Source: Alphaproteobacteria bacterium (GTDB lineage: Bacteria > Pseudomonadota > Alphaproteobacteria > GM7ARS4 > CBDIDI01). From it: 64,000 nucleotides of DNA. The number at the start of each line of letters is the position of its first letter. The stretch's first letter is position 1. Of this stretch, positions 41,097-51,472 are shown in pieces. The stretch spans positions 1,385,367 through 1,449,366 of the forward strand of contig OZ255830.1 of the NCBI GenBank assembly GCA_965277685.1, read 5' to 3'. The notes below the pieces were generated by a model, which saw only the letters and a list, made by a program, of their open reading frames with translations, had not been told where the DNA came from and ran no database searches. The translations under genes and the position numbers were made by a program.

Positions 41097-41591
41097 TTAT
41101 TCCTTTTCAATCAGGCACTGCAGAGGGTGCTCTTGCCCGCGGGCACTCTCAATGACTTGGCAGGCTTTGGTTTCGGCAATTTGGTATGGGTAAATCCCAC
41201 ACACACCGGAACCACGGCGATGGATATGAAGCATGATACGGGTCGCTTCCTCCATCGTTTTTGCAAAAATCTTTTGTAAAATGTGGATAACAAATTCCAT
41301 CGGCGTGTAATCATCATTGACCAATACCACCTTATACAAGGCCGGTTTTTTCGGCTTGGTGTATTCTTCGGTGCGGTCAATAACAACGCTTTCCTGTCCG
41401 GGCTTTTCGTCCCCTTGGCCATCCCCTTGGCCATCTCCTTGATGCGGGACATCGGCGGCGTGCGGGCCACCGTCATATTGTCCCCGGTTATGGCATGGCC
41501 CTTTGCCACGGGTTTGCCGATCACGCCGATCACGATGGTTTGATCGGTTGGTTGAGTCGTGCACGTTATCCGGCAAATTATTCGGAGCCAT
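41097..41591 (-). CDS. clpS: ATP-dependent Clp protease adaptor ClpS (with a disordered N-terminal extension)
   Basis: C-terminal ~100 aa are canonical ClpS ([55 protein letters not shown]). Immediately upstream of clpA. Start set at MAPNNLPDN (ATG 41591); the ORF-track extension to 41873 is repeat DNA translated. Confidence 0.8.
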   Translation of the reverse strand: MAPNNLPDNVHDSTNRSNHRDRRDRQTRGKGPCHNRGQYDGGPHAADVPHQGDGQGDGQGDEKPGQESVVIDRTEEYTKPKKPALYKVVLVNDDYTPMEFVIHILQKIFAKTMEEATRIMLHIHRRGSGVCGIYPYQIAETKACQVIESARGQEHPLQCLIEKE

Positions 41592-41639
41592 GGAAATATT
41601 CCTAGAGTGGTCTTGCCGTGGCATCACCGCCGCCGGGAT

Positions 41640-41880
41640 GTCCGCCCGGGATGTTTGCCCCGGGTTTTTGCCCCGGGTTTTTGAGCGGGATGCCATCCGG
41701 TGCCATCGATGCGCGGGCCGGTGTAATCCGGGCCGGCGTAATGCGATCCGATGCCATCGATGCGCGGGCCGGCGTAATCCGGGCCAGCGTAATCCGATCC
41801 GATGCCATCGATGCGCGGGCCGGCGTAATCCGATCCGGCGTAATCCGATCCGGCGTAATCCGATCCGATGCAATCAATGC
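41640..41880. repeat. tandem arrays upstream of clpS: ccccgggtttttg x2, then ~3 copies of a ~57-bp unit (ccatcgatgcgcgggccggcgtaatccgggccagcgtaatccgatccgatg) with a nested ggcgtaatccgatcc sub-repeat
   Basis: Direct reading. Translates on the minus strand into [15 protein letters not shown]..., which is not a real protein. Confidence 0.85.
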
Positions 41881-42165
41881 GCGGGGTTGGACAAGAAATC
41901 TTTATTTTATCAACAAGATAAGCTAGAGTAATGGGCGGTTCCTTGATTTAATTGAAGATCGTTCATTATTTTACTCCATTCCCGATATAAAGAGAAGATA
42001 TCCTTTGTCCGGATTAAACGGTTTTCTCTGATGTGGTTTTCATCCGCGTTTCGTTCGCAAAAGCGGGCGTTTTGTCATTTGATCGACAAATGGGTGATCG
42101 ACAAATGGGCAATAGACAGGCGGGCGACGGGGCGGGGCGGCCCGGCCCGATATGGGCGCCATTTA

Positions 42166-43458
42166 ATGGCATCGGGCTTGGTGCCACGAGGTTTGATACC
42201 ACGAATTTTGATGCTGTGGATTGCGGTCTTGTCGATTGCTTTGACGGTCAACCCGGCTTGGGCGGCACGCGCCAAACACGCCCGTCCGTTGCCGTCGGAA
42301 GTGGCCATCGACTTTGATTCCGGCACGGTTTTGCATTCCGTCAATATGGATGTCCAGCGTCGGCCGGCGTCCTTGACGAAAATCATGACCCTTTATCTTG
42401 TTTTTGCGGCCCTTGATGCGGGTACCTTAACGATGGATGACCGTCTTTCCGTTTCCCGCACGGCCAGCGGCCGATCGCCCTCGAAATTGTATCTGCAGCC
42501 CGGCCAAACGATTAGTGTGCGCAACGCGATCAAGGCATTGGTGACAAAATCGGCAAATGATGTCGCGACGGTGATTGCGGAACATTTGGGAAATGGTTCC
42601 GAGCGTCGCTTCGCGAAAAAGATGACCCGCATGGCCCGTGATCTTGGCATGACCCGAAGTGTTTTTCGAAATGCTTCCGGCCTGCACCATTCGCGTCAGG
42701 TCAGCACGGCCCGCGACATTGCTCTTTTGTGCCGACGGATGCTGCTCGATTTTCCCCATTATTACAGCTATTTCTCGATGCGTCGGTTTAGTTGGCGAGG
42801 CAAATCTTACAAAAATCACAACAATTTGCTTAATCAACCCAAGGTGGATGGCATCAAGACGGGCTATCTGCGCCGGTCGGGATTCCATATTGCCGTTTCG
42901 GCCAAACGCGGTAAAAGCCGCGTGATTGCCGTGGTGATGGGCGGCAAGAATAGCGGTGATCGCGATCGGCGAGCAGAATATTTACTGCAGGATATTCTCG
43001 ATTCGGACAAGCTGCAAAAGAGACTTGCTTTCGGGACGGTATTATCACGACCACCGTCGATCATCGTATCGGATCGGGCCCGCCTGAAACACGGGAATGG
43101 ACAATCGGGCGCGGGTATCGGTGTCGCAGATAAGGGCACGATCGCCCAATCCCAAAACGCCCAACCCAAAAACGATCAAATCCGGATAAATTCCGGACAG
43201 TGGCGGATTCAAGTCGGTGCCTTCCACCGGCGTGAAAGGGCTTATTTAGCGGCGGAGAAAAGCATGGAATCCGTCACGGATCATCTGGATCGCGCGTTCG
43301 ATAGGCCAACCCATATCCAGATTATTCCCCGCCAAAAGCGGAAAAGACGCTTGTATTTGGCGCGATTGACCGGGTTTGTCGGTCGAAAAGACGCATATAT
43401 GGCATGCCGCGTTCTGAAAAAAGCCGGGATGGATTGTTTGCCGATTGCGCCTTCTTGA
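42166..43458 (+). CDS. D-alanyl-D-alanine carboxypeptidase (PBP5/6, peptidase S11) with a C-terminal SPOR domain
   Basis: Signal peptide MASGLVPRGLIPRILMLWIAVLSIALTVNPAWA. SxxK (ASLTKIM), SxN (KSANDVA) and KTG (IKTGYL) motifs. C-terminal SPOR-like WRIQVGAFHRRERAYLAAEKS...LYLARLTGF. Confidence 0.8.
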   Translation: MASGLVPRGLIPRILMLWIAVLSIALTVNPAWAARAKHARPLPSEVAIDFDSGTVLHSVNMDVQRRPASLTKIMTLYLVFAALDAGTLTMDDRLSVSRTASGRSPSKLYLQPGQTISVRNAIKALVTKSANDVATVIAEHLGNGSERRFAKKMTRMARDLGMTRSVFRNASGLHHSRQVSTARDIALLCRRMLLDFPHYYSYFSMRRFSWRGKSYKNHNNLLNQPKVDGIKTGYLRRSGFHIAVSAKRGKSRVIAVVMGGKNSGDRDRRAEYLLQDILDSDKLQKRLAFGTVLSRPPSIIVSDRARLKHGNGQSGAGIGVADKGTIAQSQNAQPKNDQIRINSGQWRIQVGAFHRRERAYLAAEKSMESVTDHLDRAFDRPTHIQIIPRQKRKRRLYLARLTGFVGRKDAYMACRVLKKAGMDCLPIAPS

Positions 43459-43727
43459 TGATGCCCTCTTGATGCCCTCTTGATGCCCTCTTGATGCCCA
43501 CTTGATGATGGATGCCGGATGGGCGCCGATGGATTGTTTGCCGGTGGTGTCTTCTTGATGATGCCCACTTGATGCCCACTTGATGATGGATACCGGATGG
43601 GCGCCGATGGATTGTTTGCCGATGGTGTCTTCTTGATGATGCCTTCTTGATGCCCTCTTGATGATGGATACCGGATGGGCGCCGATGGATTGTTTGCCGA
43701 TGGTGCTTTCTTGATGATGCCCACTTG
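43424..43727. repeat. ~3.5 tandem copies of an ~85-bp unit whose first copy is the dacA-like 3' end including its TGA
   Basis: Gene end gccgggatggattgtttgccgattgcgccttcTTGAtgatgccc. Units gcgccgatggattgtttgccg[ag]tggtg[tc][ct]ttcttgatgatgccc[at]cttgatgccc[at]cttgatgatggataccggatgg. Confidence 0.85.
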
Positions 43728-44198
43728 GATACATGCGACGGCGGTAATGAAACCGGTCGATAGCGGTATGGCTCACCGCCCGTTTGCGGCGGATGGAAAA
43801 GCGGGCAGAGTCATGATACGGGCCATAATACGGGCGGATAAGTCGTGGGCCAATTGTCGTGGGGCCAATTAAGGAAAAATGCCATGGCGGCGGCAAGAAT
43901 GCACGGGTGGAACGGAGAGTTTCGAATAATCGACGGTGGTAATTGAATATGTATTTTTCCTATCCCATATTACTTCAAATGTTACTCAGTGTTATGGCAG
44001 GATGGAACGATGGTTTTTAGGATGATTCGAAGATTGGTTGCTTTGTTCGATAAGCGGCTATATTCTCACGGCTCTTTGTCTGTCTTTTTCTTTTGGGTAC
44101 GCACTTTTGAACAAACTGACCTTAGGTTGCGGGGGCGTATGGGCGGCACGGACTAGTGCGCCAATTCTTTTTGTATCAAGAATATCGGGAAAGAATCT

Positions 44199-46157
44199 AT
44201 GACGAAAAAGCCGGAAAAAAAATCGACACCGCTTCTTGACGATGTCAAAATTCCCGCCGATCTTCGCGGTTTTTCTACCGCACAGCTCAAGCAGCTGGCC
44301 GATGAGTTGCGTGATGAAGTGATTGATGCCGTATCGGCAACCGGCGGGCATCTTGGTGCGAGTCTCGGCGTTGTCGAGTTGACGGTCGCCCTGCACTATA
44401 TTTTCAAAACGCCGCATGATCGATTGATTTGGGATGTCGGGCATCAATCCTATCCGCACAAGGTTCTTACCGGGCGGCGTGATCGCATTCGCACCCTGCG
44501 TCAACCCGGCGGTTTGTACGGTTTCACCAAGCGATCCGAGAGTGATTATGATCCCTTTGGGGCGGCGCATTCTTCGACCTCGATATCGGCGGCTCTTGGA
44601 ATGGCGGTGGCGCGCGACATCAAGAAAGAAAAGCGGGATGTGATTGCGGTGATCGGCGATGGTGCGATATCGGCCGGCATGGCCTATGAAGCGATGAACA
44701 ACGCCGGATATATGGACGAGCGTTTAATCGTAATCTTGAATGACAACGATATGTCGATTGCCCCGCCGGTCGGCGCGATGAGTGCGTATCTTTCCCGCTT
44801 GATTTCGGGAAAGGCGTATAAGTCCCTGCGCGATATCGCGCGCGGTGTCGTCCGAAAACTGCCGAAAAGTATCGAAAAAGCCGCGACGAGGGCGGAAGAA
44901 TACGCCCGTGGAATGGTCACCGGCGGTACGTTGTTTGAGGAATTGGGGTTCTTCTATATCGGGCCGATTGACGGTCATAATTTGGATCATCTTTTGCCCG
45001 TTTTACGCAATGTCCGTGACACCAAGCAAAATGGTCCGGTTCTCGTGCATGTCGTTACGGAGAAAGGGCATGGTTATGCGCCGGCGGAAAAATCGGCCGA
45101 CAAATACCATGGCGTCGGCAAGTTCGATGTCTATACGGGAAAACAATTCAAAGCGGCGGCGACAGCGCCGTCGTACACGTCGGTATTTGCCGACAGCCTG
45201 ATTCAAGAGGCCAAGAAGGATCCGTTGGTGGTGGCGATTACCGCGGCCATGCCTTCGGGAACCGGAATTAACAAATTTATGGAGCATTTTCCCGACCGTT
45301 GCTATGACGTCGGTATTGCCGAGCAGCACGCCGTCACTTTCGCGGCGGGCTTGGCGACCGAGGGCATGAAGCCATTTGCCACAATCTATTCGACCTTTTT
45401 GCAAAGGGCCTATGACCAAGTCGTTCATGATGTCGCGCTCCAGTCCCTGCCGGTGCGATTTGCCATTGACCGAGCCGGTCTTGTCGGGGCGGACGGCCCG
45501 ACCCATGCGGGGTCTTTTGACATTACCTATCTGGCGACACTGCCGAATTTTATCGTCATGTGCCCTTCGGATGAGGCCGAATTGACCCACGCCGTTGCCA
45601 CTGCGGTATCGATCGATGATTGTCCCTTCGCTTTTCGTTATCCGCGCGGCGAATCGGTCGGTATCGGCGTTCCGGATCGGGGTGAGGTTCTTAAAGTCGG
45701 CAAGGGTCGGATCATGCGTGAGGGGACGACGGTGGCTCTTTTATCCTTGGGCCCGCGCTTGCATGAAGCGTTGGCCGCCGCCGAGGATCTGGAGCGACGA
45801 GGTCTTTCAACCACGGTTGCCGATGGGCGTTTTGCCAAACCGATTGACAAGGATATGATTCGTTCTTTGGCTCAAAATCACGAGGTATTGATCACGATTG
45901 AGGAAGGTTCGGTCGGGGGCTATGCCGCCCATGTTATGGGCTTTTTGGCGCATGCCGGAATGCTGGAAAATGGCCTTAGATTTCGACCGATATATTTTCC
46001 CGATATCTTTATTCCCCACGGCAAGCCGGAGGAACAATATGAACAAGCGGCCATGAATGCCCGCCATATTGTCGCAATGGCGATGTCGGCATTGCCGGCC
46101 CGTTCGGTCAATATGGCGATTGGCCCATCCGGTGGTAGGGCCGAGGGAATCGGCTGA
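44199..46157 (+). CDS. dxs: 1-deoxy-D-xylulose-5-phosphate synthase
   Basis: N-terminus [27 protein letters not shown]. ThDP motif [18 protein letters not shown]...NDN. Transketolase-like pyrimidine and C-terminal domains. 652 aa. Confidence 0.95.
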   Translation: MTKKPEKKSTPLLDDVKIPADLRGFSTAQLKQLADELRDEVIDAVSATGGHLGASLGVVELTVALHYIFKTPHDRLIWDVGHQSYPHKVLTGRRDRIRTLRQPGGLYGFTKRSESDYDPFGAAHSSTSISAALGMAVARDIKKEKRDVIAVIGDGAISAGMAYEAMNNAGYMDERLIVILNDNDMSIAPPVGAMSAYLSRLISGKAYKSLRDIARGVVRKLPKSIEKAATRAEEYARGMVTGGTLFEELGFFYIGPIDGHNLDHLLPVLRNVRDTKQNGPVLVHVVTEKGHGYAPAEKSADKYHGVGKFDVYTGKQFKAAATAPSYTSVFADSLIQEAKKDPLVVAITAAMPSGTGINKFMEHFPDRCYDVGIAEQHAVTFAAGLATEGMKPFATIYSTFLQRAYDQVVHDVALQSLPVRFAIDRAGLVGADGPTHAGSFDITYLATLPNFIVMCPSDEAELTHAVATAVSIDDCPFAFRYPRGESVGIGVPDRGEVLKVGKGRIMREGTTVALLSLGPRLHEALAAAEDLERRGLSTTVADGRFAKPIDKDMIRSLAQNHEVLITIEEGSVGGYAAHVMGFLAHAGMLENGLRFRPIYFPDIFIPHGKPEEQYEQAAMNARHIVAMAMSALPARSVNMAIGPSGGRAEGIG

Positions 46158-46178
46158 TATTCTTTTTCTGCCTCGACC

Positions 46179-47249
46179 TTGATTGCGGTGGATATGGGTG
46201 AAAAGCAACAAGATGGGCCGTCATCCAGGCAACAATCCGGGCGTTCGCCGGGCGTTCGTCCGGATGGTGATCCCGTTGATGGGTGGGTTTCGGCAATCGT
46301 TGCCGGTGATCGCAAGACATTGGCCAAGGTTATCACCCTTATCGAATCGAGCCGCGACGACCATCGCGCTTTGGCTCAGAAGATTCTTCTTTCCATTCTT
46401 GATCGTAAATCGTCACCCGACACCTTGCGGGTCGGCATTACCGGGCCTCCCGGGGCCGGGAAATCCACCCTTATCGAAGCCCTTGGCCAGTTGGCGGTGG
46501 CGCATGGTCGGCGCGTTTGCGTTCTGGCGGTGGATCCTTCGTCGCGCCGTTCGGGGGGGTCTATTCTTGGTGATAAGACCCGAATGGAAGAATTATCGCG
46601 CTCTGACCGGGCGTTTATCCGTCCCTCTCCAAGCGGATTAACCCTTGGCGGAATTGCCCGGCATACGTTCGAGACGATTTTGTGCTGTGAAGCGGCGGGA
46701 TATGATCTGATTATGATTGAAACGGTTGGCGTTGGACAATCGGAAACCGCCGTTTATGACGTCAGTGATATGTTTTTTCTTGTTCTTCCACCGGCATCCG
46801 GCGATGGCTTGCAAGGCATCAAAAAAGGTATTTTGGAAGTTGCCGATATGATTGCCGTCAATAAGGCCGATGGTGATTTGCGCTCGGCCGCGGGCCGGGC
46901 CGCCGCCGATTATGGGCGGGCTATGCATGTGATGCCGCCGTCTCGTCCGGGTTGGTCGGTGCCGGTTGATATGGTGTCGGCCCTTGGTGGCGAAGGTATC
47001 GATCGATTATGGAAACATATGGTGCGTTTTGGACAATTGCGCCGATCCGACGGTGCTTTGTCCCGGCTTCGTTCCGAACAATCGGTGGCGGCAATGTGGG
47101 CCGAAATTCGCGAACGGATCGGCGTTCGCATAAATGCCGGTGACAAAACCGGCGGATTGGAAGAAAAGGTATTTCGGATGGAAATGCTTCCGGCCCAGGC
47201 GGCCGAGCGGATTGAGGAACGGTTTTTTTCGGCGAAAGACGACCGGTGA
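46179..47249 (+). CDS. meaB: methylmalonyl-CoA mutase-associated G-protein chaperone MeaB/ArgK
   Basis: Walker A GITGPPGAGKST. G-domain motifs (IETVGVGQSE, NKAD). ArgK-type C-terminal helices. The N-terminus may begin at an internal start. Confidence 0.85.
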   Translation: MIAVDMGEKQQDGPSSRQQSGRSPGVRPDGDPVDGWVSAIVAGDRKTLAKVITLIESSRDDHRALAQKILLSILDRKSSPDTLRVGITGPPGAGKSTLIEALGQLAVAHGRRVCVLAVDPSSRRSGGSILGDKTRMEELSRSDRAFIRPSPSGLTLGGIARHTFETILCCEAAGYDLIMIETVGVGQSETAVYDVSDMFFLVLPPASGDGLQGIKKGILEVADMIAVNKADGDLRSAAGRAAADYGRAMHVMPPSRPGWSVPVDMVSALGGEGIDRLWKHMVRFGQLRRSDGALSRLRSEQSVAAMWAEIRERIGVRINAGDKTGGLEEKVFRMEMLPAQAAERIEERFFSAKDDR

Positions 47250-47316
47250 TCAAAAAAGATGCTTGACCGTTATCATTTGTTTTGTCACAAAGCGGCTGAC
47301 GGGCAAGCCTTCCAGG

Positions 47317-47490
47317 CACGTTATTTGTGCACGGAAGCAAGCCGAGAGAACCCAAGCAAGGGAAGTGTTCCATGACCAGATATTGCGAATTGACCGGCCG
47401 GACACGTTGTTTGTGCGGGGAAGCGGGCCACGAAAACCCAAGCAAGGGAATTGCCCCATGACCAGATGTTGCGAATTGACCGGTATGAAG
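47317..47490. repeat. ~87-bp tandem duplication covering the rpmB Shine-Dalgarno (aaggga), ATG and first ~9 codons
   Basis: Copy 1: gttatttgtgcacggaagcaagccgagagaacccaagcaagggaagtgttccATGACCAGATATTGCGAATTGACCGGcc. Copy 2: gttgtttgtgcggggaagcgggccacgaaaacccaagcaagggaattgccccATGACCAGATGTTGCGAATTGACCGGta. Confidence 0.85.
47372..47461 (+). CDS. 29-codon upstream ORF (MTRYCELTGRTRCLCGEAGHENPSKGIAP) derived from the duplicated rpmB start; its TGA overlaps the rpmB ATG
   Basis: ATG 47372 is preceded by aaggga. It reads through copy 2 in the +1 frame relative to rpmB and stops at TGA 47459-47461; the rpmB ATG is 47458-47460 (A-TG-A overlap). Whether it is translated is unknown. Confidence 0.35.
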   Translation: MTRYCELTGRTRCLCGEAGHENPSKGIAP

Positions 47491-47745
47491 GTTGCTGTCG
47501 GTAATAATGTCAGCCATGCCAATAATAAAACCAAGCGCCGCTTCCACCCTAATCTGCAAAAGATTTCTTTTTTCTCGGATCTGTTGAAAGAACGTATTTC
47601 GCTACGCGTTTCCGTTCGGGCATTGCGGATGGTGGAACGCAGTGGCGGTATTGATCGCTGGTTATCGGCGGCAAGTGATGCAGGATTAAGCAAGGTCGCG
47701 TCCCGACTTAAACGTCGTATCCGACAAAAAACACCGGCCGCTTAA
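47458..47745 (+). CDS. rpmB: 50S ribosomal protein L28
   Basis: MTRCCELTGMKVAVGNNVSHANNKTKRRFHPNLQKISFFSDLL...SVRALRMVERSGGIDRWL, colinear with bacterial L28 (95 aa). Embedded in the longer ORF-track frame 47134..47745. Confidence 0.9.
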   Translation: MTRCCELTGMKVAVGNNVSHANNKTKRRFHPNLQKISFFSDLLKERISLRVSVRALRMVERSGGIDRWLSAASDAGLSKVASRLKRRIRQKTPAA

Positions 47746-47893
47746 GGCGGGTGATCACACAGGGACAGCATTCCGGTGCGGTGTTATGTTGTTCATGGTG
47801 CAATTCCGGTCGATTTCTTTGATGCCTGAAGGGCGTTATTTGCGATGATATGGCCGATCATCCGATTCCATCCATATCGTGTAACGCCTAAAA

Positions 47894-49285
47894 ATGTTTG
47901 AGTGGGGCGTGCTTTTTGTGCCGTTGTGCTTTGCTGCGGCATTTTTTTACGGTCGGCGTCTGGCCCATGCGCGTTCCGGTTCACATATCCGCAATCTTTG
48001 TGCCAATCCCTTTTATCACGGTTTTTATCTTGCCCTGACCACGACGCTATGGGTGACGGTGTTCCTTGTCTGTTATGGACAGATTGTCGATATCTTTCGC
48101 CATGATTATGTTTTTTCCCTATTGCCCGGCGATGTCCAAGCACTCGGGTATGATCACCGCAGTTTGGTCACCAGCCGGATAGAGGATATCGCATCGATGG
48201 TCGGAGCGGGCATTCCGCCATCGGCAGATACAAAGGATTGGATGCATGATGGTGCCGTTGCGTTACACGAATTCAATGCCTATTTGCACGGATGGAAGAT
48301 CGTTCTTTCGCTTGGTTTGTATCTGATTGCGTTCATTGTCTTCTCGCGCTTGATCAGCCAACGATTCAATGCCCGGATTCGGGTGGAACGGATCGTGCGG
48401 GTTCTTTTGTTTTTTTGCGCTTGCGTGGCGGTGGCCGGTACTTTCGGCATTGTTTTCTCCATGCTTTTCGAGGCCATTGCCTTTTTCAAGGTCGTCCCTC
48501 TGCAGGATTTTTTATTCGGAACGGTCTGGGATCCGCGTTTTCAAGAAGCGGGCGACAGTGGGGCGTCCGGTGGAAATTTCGGGCTTTTGCCATTGTTGTG
48601 GGGAACGGTTTATATTTCTTTTGTCGCGATGCTGATCGCCGGCCCGATTGGGTTGATGGCGGCGGTGTTTCTTTCCCAATATGCGTCCAAACGCTGGCGC
48701 GCTTTTGCCAAGCCGGCATTGGAGATTCTCGCCGGTATACCGACGGTGGTCTATGGTTTTTTTGCCCTTGCCTTTGTCGGTCCGTTTCTGCACATTTTCG
48801 GCCAGACGATCGGGGTCGAGATCGGAACGACAAGTGTCATCGTGGCCGGTTTGGTGATGGGGGTGATGATTATTCCCTATGTATCCAGTTTATCGGAAGA
48901 TATTTTATCGGCGGTACCGCGTACTTTGGCCGAAGGCTCGGCCGCCCTTGGCGCAACCGGTAGTGAAACGATTTGCAAGGTTCTTATCCCGGCCGCGCTT
49001 CCCGGCATTGTCGCCGCTTTTGTTCTGGCTTTTTCCAGGGCCATCGGCGAAACGATGATTGTCGTGATGGCGGCCGGTATTGCGGCACGATTATCGCTTA
49101 ACCCGTTTGAATCTCTGACGACCATCACGGTCAAGATCGTTTCGCAATTGACCGGTGATCTTGAATTTGACACACCGCAGACGCAGGTTGCCTTTGCCCT
49201 TGGTTTGGTACTCTTCGTATTGACTTTTGTGATGAATATTTTTGCCCTGCGGATTGTTCGTAAATATCGCTTGCGATACGAATAG
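47894..49285 (+). CDS. pstC: phosphate ABC transporter permease PstC (long form)
   Basis: Polytopic permease with the ABC EAA-type loop (SRAIGETMIVVMAAG). First gene of the pstCAB-phoU unit. 463 aa. Confidence 0.85.
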   Translation: MFEWGVLFVPLCFAAAFFYGRRLAHARSGSHIRNLCANPFYHGFYLALTTTLWVTVFLVCYGQIVDIFRHDYVFSLLPGDVQALGYDHRSLVTSRIEDIASMVGAGIPPSADTKDWMHDGAVALHEFNAYLHGWKIVLSLGLYLIAFIVFSRLISQRFNARIRVERIVRVLLFFCACVAVAGTFGIVFSMLFEAIAFFKVVPLQDFLFGTVWDPRFQEAGDSGASGGNFGLLPLLWGTVYISFVAMLIAGPIGLMAAVFLSQYASKRWRAFAKPALEILAGIPTVVYGFFALAFVGPFLHIFGQTIGVEIGTTSVIVAGLVMGVMIIPYVSSLSEDILSAVPRTLAEGSAALGATGSETICKVLIPAALPGIVAAFVLAFSRAIGETMIVVMAAGIAARLSLNPFESLTTITVKIVSQLTGDLEFDTPQTQVAFALGLVLFVLTFVMNIFALRIVRKYRLRYE

Positions 49286-49292
49286 AAGGCCG

Positions 49293-50654
49293 ATGATGTT
49301 GAAAAACCCCATTAAGAATCATGAAAAAGAGATGCTTTCTCGTCGGCATCGAGCGGAACGCCGGTTCCATTTTTTTGGATTTTCCTCGGTATGCGTATCA
49401 TTTGCTTTTCTGGCGGCGCTTTTGGTTGTGTTGATGGCGCGCGCGATTCCGGCGTTTGTCGAGATACGTGTCGGGTTGGATATCACCCCGGATATGATAA
49501 GGGTGGTGTTGGATAAATTCCCGCCCCATGCGCGCCCGGCGGTTGATGCCCTTAGCGACCGGGACTATACGCAAATTCTGCGCCGGTCTTTGACCCAGGT
49601 CCTTGGCGCGGATCATATCAAAGGGCGCCAAGAAAAACGTCGTCTTTACGCTTTGTTGTCGGCCGGTGTCGGGCAAAGCGTTCGTGATGCGATGAAAAAA
49701 AGGATCGATCGCGATCATCATCCTTTGGTTGATGGGGCCGTTGATGGGGAGGAGGATCTTTCTTTCCTGCGTCATTCAAAGCGTTTCTGGGTGCCGCTTA
49801 GCGCCGATGCGGAAGATGTCCTTAAGGGGAGTGTTGACCTCGATCTTCCCGAAACCCGCAGGCGCTTGAAGGATGATCAACTGCGATGGTTGCGTGTTCT
49901 GGAAGATCAAGACCGGATAAGCCGCCGGTTTAATTGGACATTGTTTGAAAATGGCGCTTCCAATTATCCGGAACTGTCCGGAATTGGTGTGGCCGCGATC
50001 GGATCATTGATGATGATGATGGTGGTCTTGGCATTGACTCTTCCCCTTGGTGTCGGCAGTGCCATTTATCTTGAGAAATTCGCACCGGATAATCGATGGA
50101 CTCGTTTTGTTGAAATCAATATCAATAACCTGGCTGCGGTACCGTCGATTATTTTCGGTATTTTGGGCTTGTCCTTTTTTATCAACTTTGTCGGGTTGCC
50201 CAGATCCGCTCCGATCGTCGGTGGGCTGGTTTTAACCTTGATGACGCTTCCGGTTGTTATTGTTGCGGCGAGGGCCGCAATCAAGGCCGTTCCTTCTTCG
50301 ATCCACGAGGCCGCCTTGTCCGTTGGCGCATCGCATATGCAGGCGGTTTTTTATCATGTTTTGCCTTTGGCTTTCCCCGGTATTATGACCGGGACAATTA
50401 TCGGGTTGGCGCGCGCCTTGGGCGAGACGGCACCATTGTTAATGATCGGTATGGTGGCCTTTGTGACCGAATACCCACGTTCTATTTTTGAACCGGCCAC
50501 GGCTTTGCCGGTTCAGGTATATATGTGGGCCGGGGCGGCGGAACGGGCCTTTGTCGCGCGCACGGCGGCGGCGATTATCGTGTTGCTCGTTTTTCTTCTT
50601 TTAATGAATGCGACGGCAATCTATCTGCGCCATAAATACGAACGAGACATATGA
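49293..50654 (+). CDS. pstA: phosphate ABC transporter permease PstA
   Basis: Permease with the EAA loop ([18 protein letters not shown]). Start chosen at ATGATG 49293, just after the pstC stop. Its TGA overlaps the pstB ATG. Confidence 0.85.
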   Translation: MMLKNPIKNHEKEMLSRRHRAERRFHFFGFSSVCVSFAFLAALLVVLMARAIPAFVEIRVGLDITPDMIRVVLDKFPPHARPAVDALSDRDYTQILRRSLTQVLGADHIKGRQEKRRLYALLSAGVGQSVRDAMKKRIDRDHHPLVDGAVDGEEDLSFLRHSKRFWVPLSADAEDVLKGSVDLDLPETRRRLKDDQLRWLRVLEDQDRISRRFNWTLFENGASNYPELSGIGVAAIGSLMMMMVVLALTLPLGVGSAIYLEKFAPDNRWTRFVEININNLAAVPSIIFGILGLSFFINFVGLPRSAPIVGGLVLTLMTLPVVIVAARAAIKAVPSSIHEAALSVGASHMQAVFYHVLPLAFPGIMTGTIIGLARALGETAPLLMIGMVAFVTEYPRSIFEPATALPVQVYMWAGAAERAFVARTAAAIIVLLVFLLLMNATAIYLRHKYERDI

Positions 50655-51466
50655 TGATTCTTCGCCCTCCCTCAACCAAGCAAGCCATCGCATCGCCAAC
50701 AAAAGCGCATGCGTGTAAGATTAAAACCCGTGGTCTCGATGTCTTTTACGGAGAAAAACAAGCGTTGTTCGGGATTGATCTTGATGTTTATGAAAAAACG
50801 GTAATGGCGTTAATTGGGCCTTCCGGTTGTGGTAAATCGACGTTTATTCGCTCGCTAAACCGCATCAATGATCAATTGCCGAGTTGCCGAGTGCGGGGCC
50901 GAGTGGAGATCGACGGTGCCGATATTTATTCTCCTAAAGTGGATGTCGTCCATTTGCGCAAACGTATCGGCATGGTGTTTCAAAAACCGAATCCTTTTCC
51001 AAAGTCGATTTTTGATAACGTTGCCTATGGGCCGCGCATTCATGGCTTGGTTCGAAATAAGGAAGAGATGGAACAGGTCGTCCGGAAAAGTTTGGTTCGG
51101 GCCGCTCTTTATGATGAAGTCAAGGATCGGTTGCATGATTCCGGCACAAGTCTTTCAGGGGGACAGCAACAACGCTTGTGCATTGCCAGGGCCCTTGCCG
51201 TTGACCCGGAAGTGATTTTGATGGACGAGCCATGTTCCGCCCTCGATCCCGTTGCAACGGCCCGAATCGAGGAACTGATCGATGAGTTAAGCAGTCGCTA
51301 TACCATCATCATCGTCACCCATTCGATGCAGCAGGCGGCGCGGGTATCGCGCTATACGGCATTTTTTCATTTAGGTCATATGGTCGAATTCGGTGATACT
51401 GAGAAAATCTTCACCAGTCCGCGGCATAAAAAAACGCAGGACTACATCACCGGTCGTTTCGGATAA
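50651..51466 (+). CDS. pstB: phosphate ABC transporter ATP-binding protein PstB
   Basis: Walker [13 protein letters not shown] signature [15 protein letters not shown]. Walker B ILMDEP. H-loop. 271 aa. Confidence 0.95.
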   Translation: MMILRPPSTKQAIASPTKAHACKIKTRGLDVFYGEKQALFGIDLDVYEKTVMALIGPSGCGKSTFIRSLNRINDQLPSCRVRGRVEIDGADIYSPKVDVVHLRKRIGMVFQKPNPFPKSIFDNVAYGPRIHGLVRNKEEMEQVVRKSLVRAALYDEVKDRLHDSGTSLSGGQQQRLCIARALAVDPEVILMDEPCSALDPVATARIEELIDELSSRYTIIIVTHSMQQAARVSRYTAFFHLGHMVEFGDTEKIFTSPRHKKTQDYITGRFG

Positions 51467-51472
51467 ACTAAA

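Noticed and set aside
41592-41873. N-terminal 94 aa of ORF 41097..41873 ([25 protein letters not shown]...)
   Set aside because: Periodic Arg-rich translation of the intergenic tandem repeats. ClpS homology begins only after the internal ATG at 41591.
43246-43896. ORFs 43246..43896, 43281..43724 and 43322..43579 (-) with repetitive HQEG/IIKK peptides
   Set aside because: Antisense translations of the ~85-bp tandem array downstream of the dacA-like gene. Periodic low-complexity sequence.
44058-44570. ORF 44058..44570 (-) of 170 aa overlapping the dxs start
   Set aside because: It overlaps the strongly supported dxs N-terminus on the opposite strand and has no recognisable family.
46183-46641. 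ORF 46183..46641 (+) of 152 aa
   Set aside because: Off-frame ORF inside meaB with Arg/Trp-rich composition.
47760-47893. Pho box upstream of pstC
   Set aside because: Looked for tandem CTGTCAT-type half-sites 11 bp apart. Only weak single matches (ttgttcat) were seen, not enough to call.
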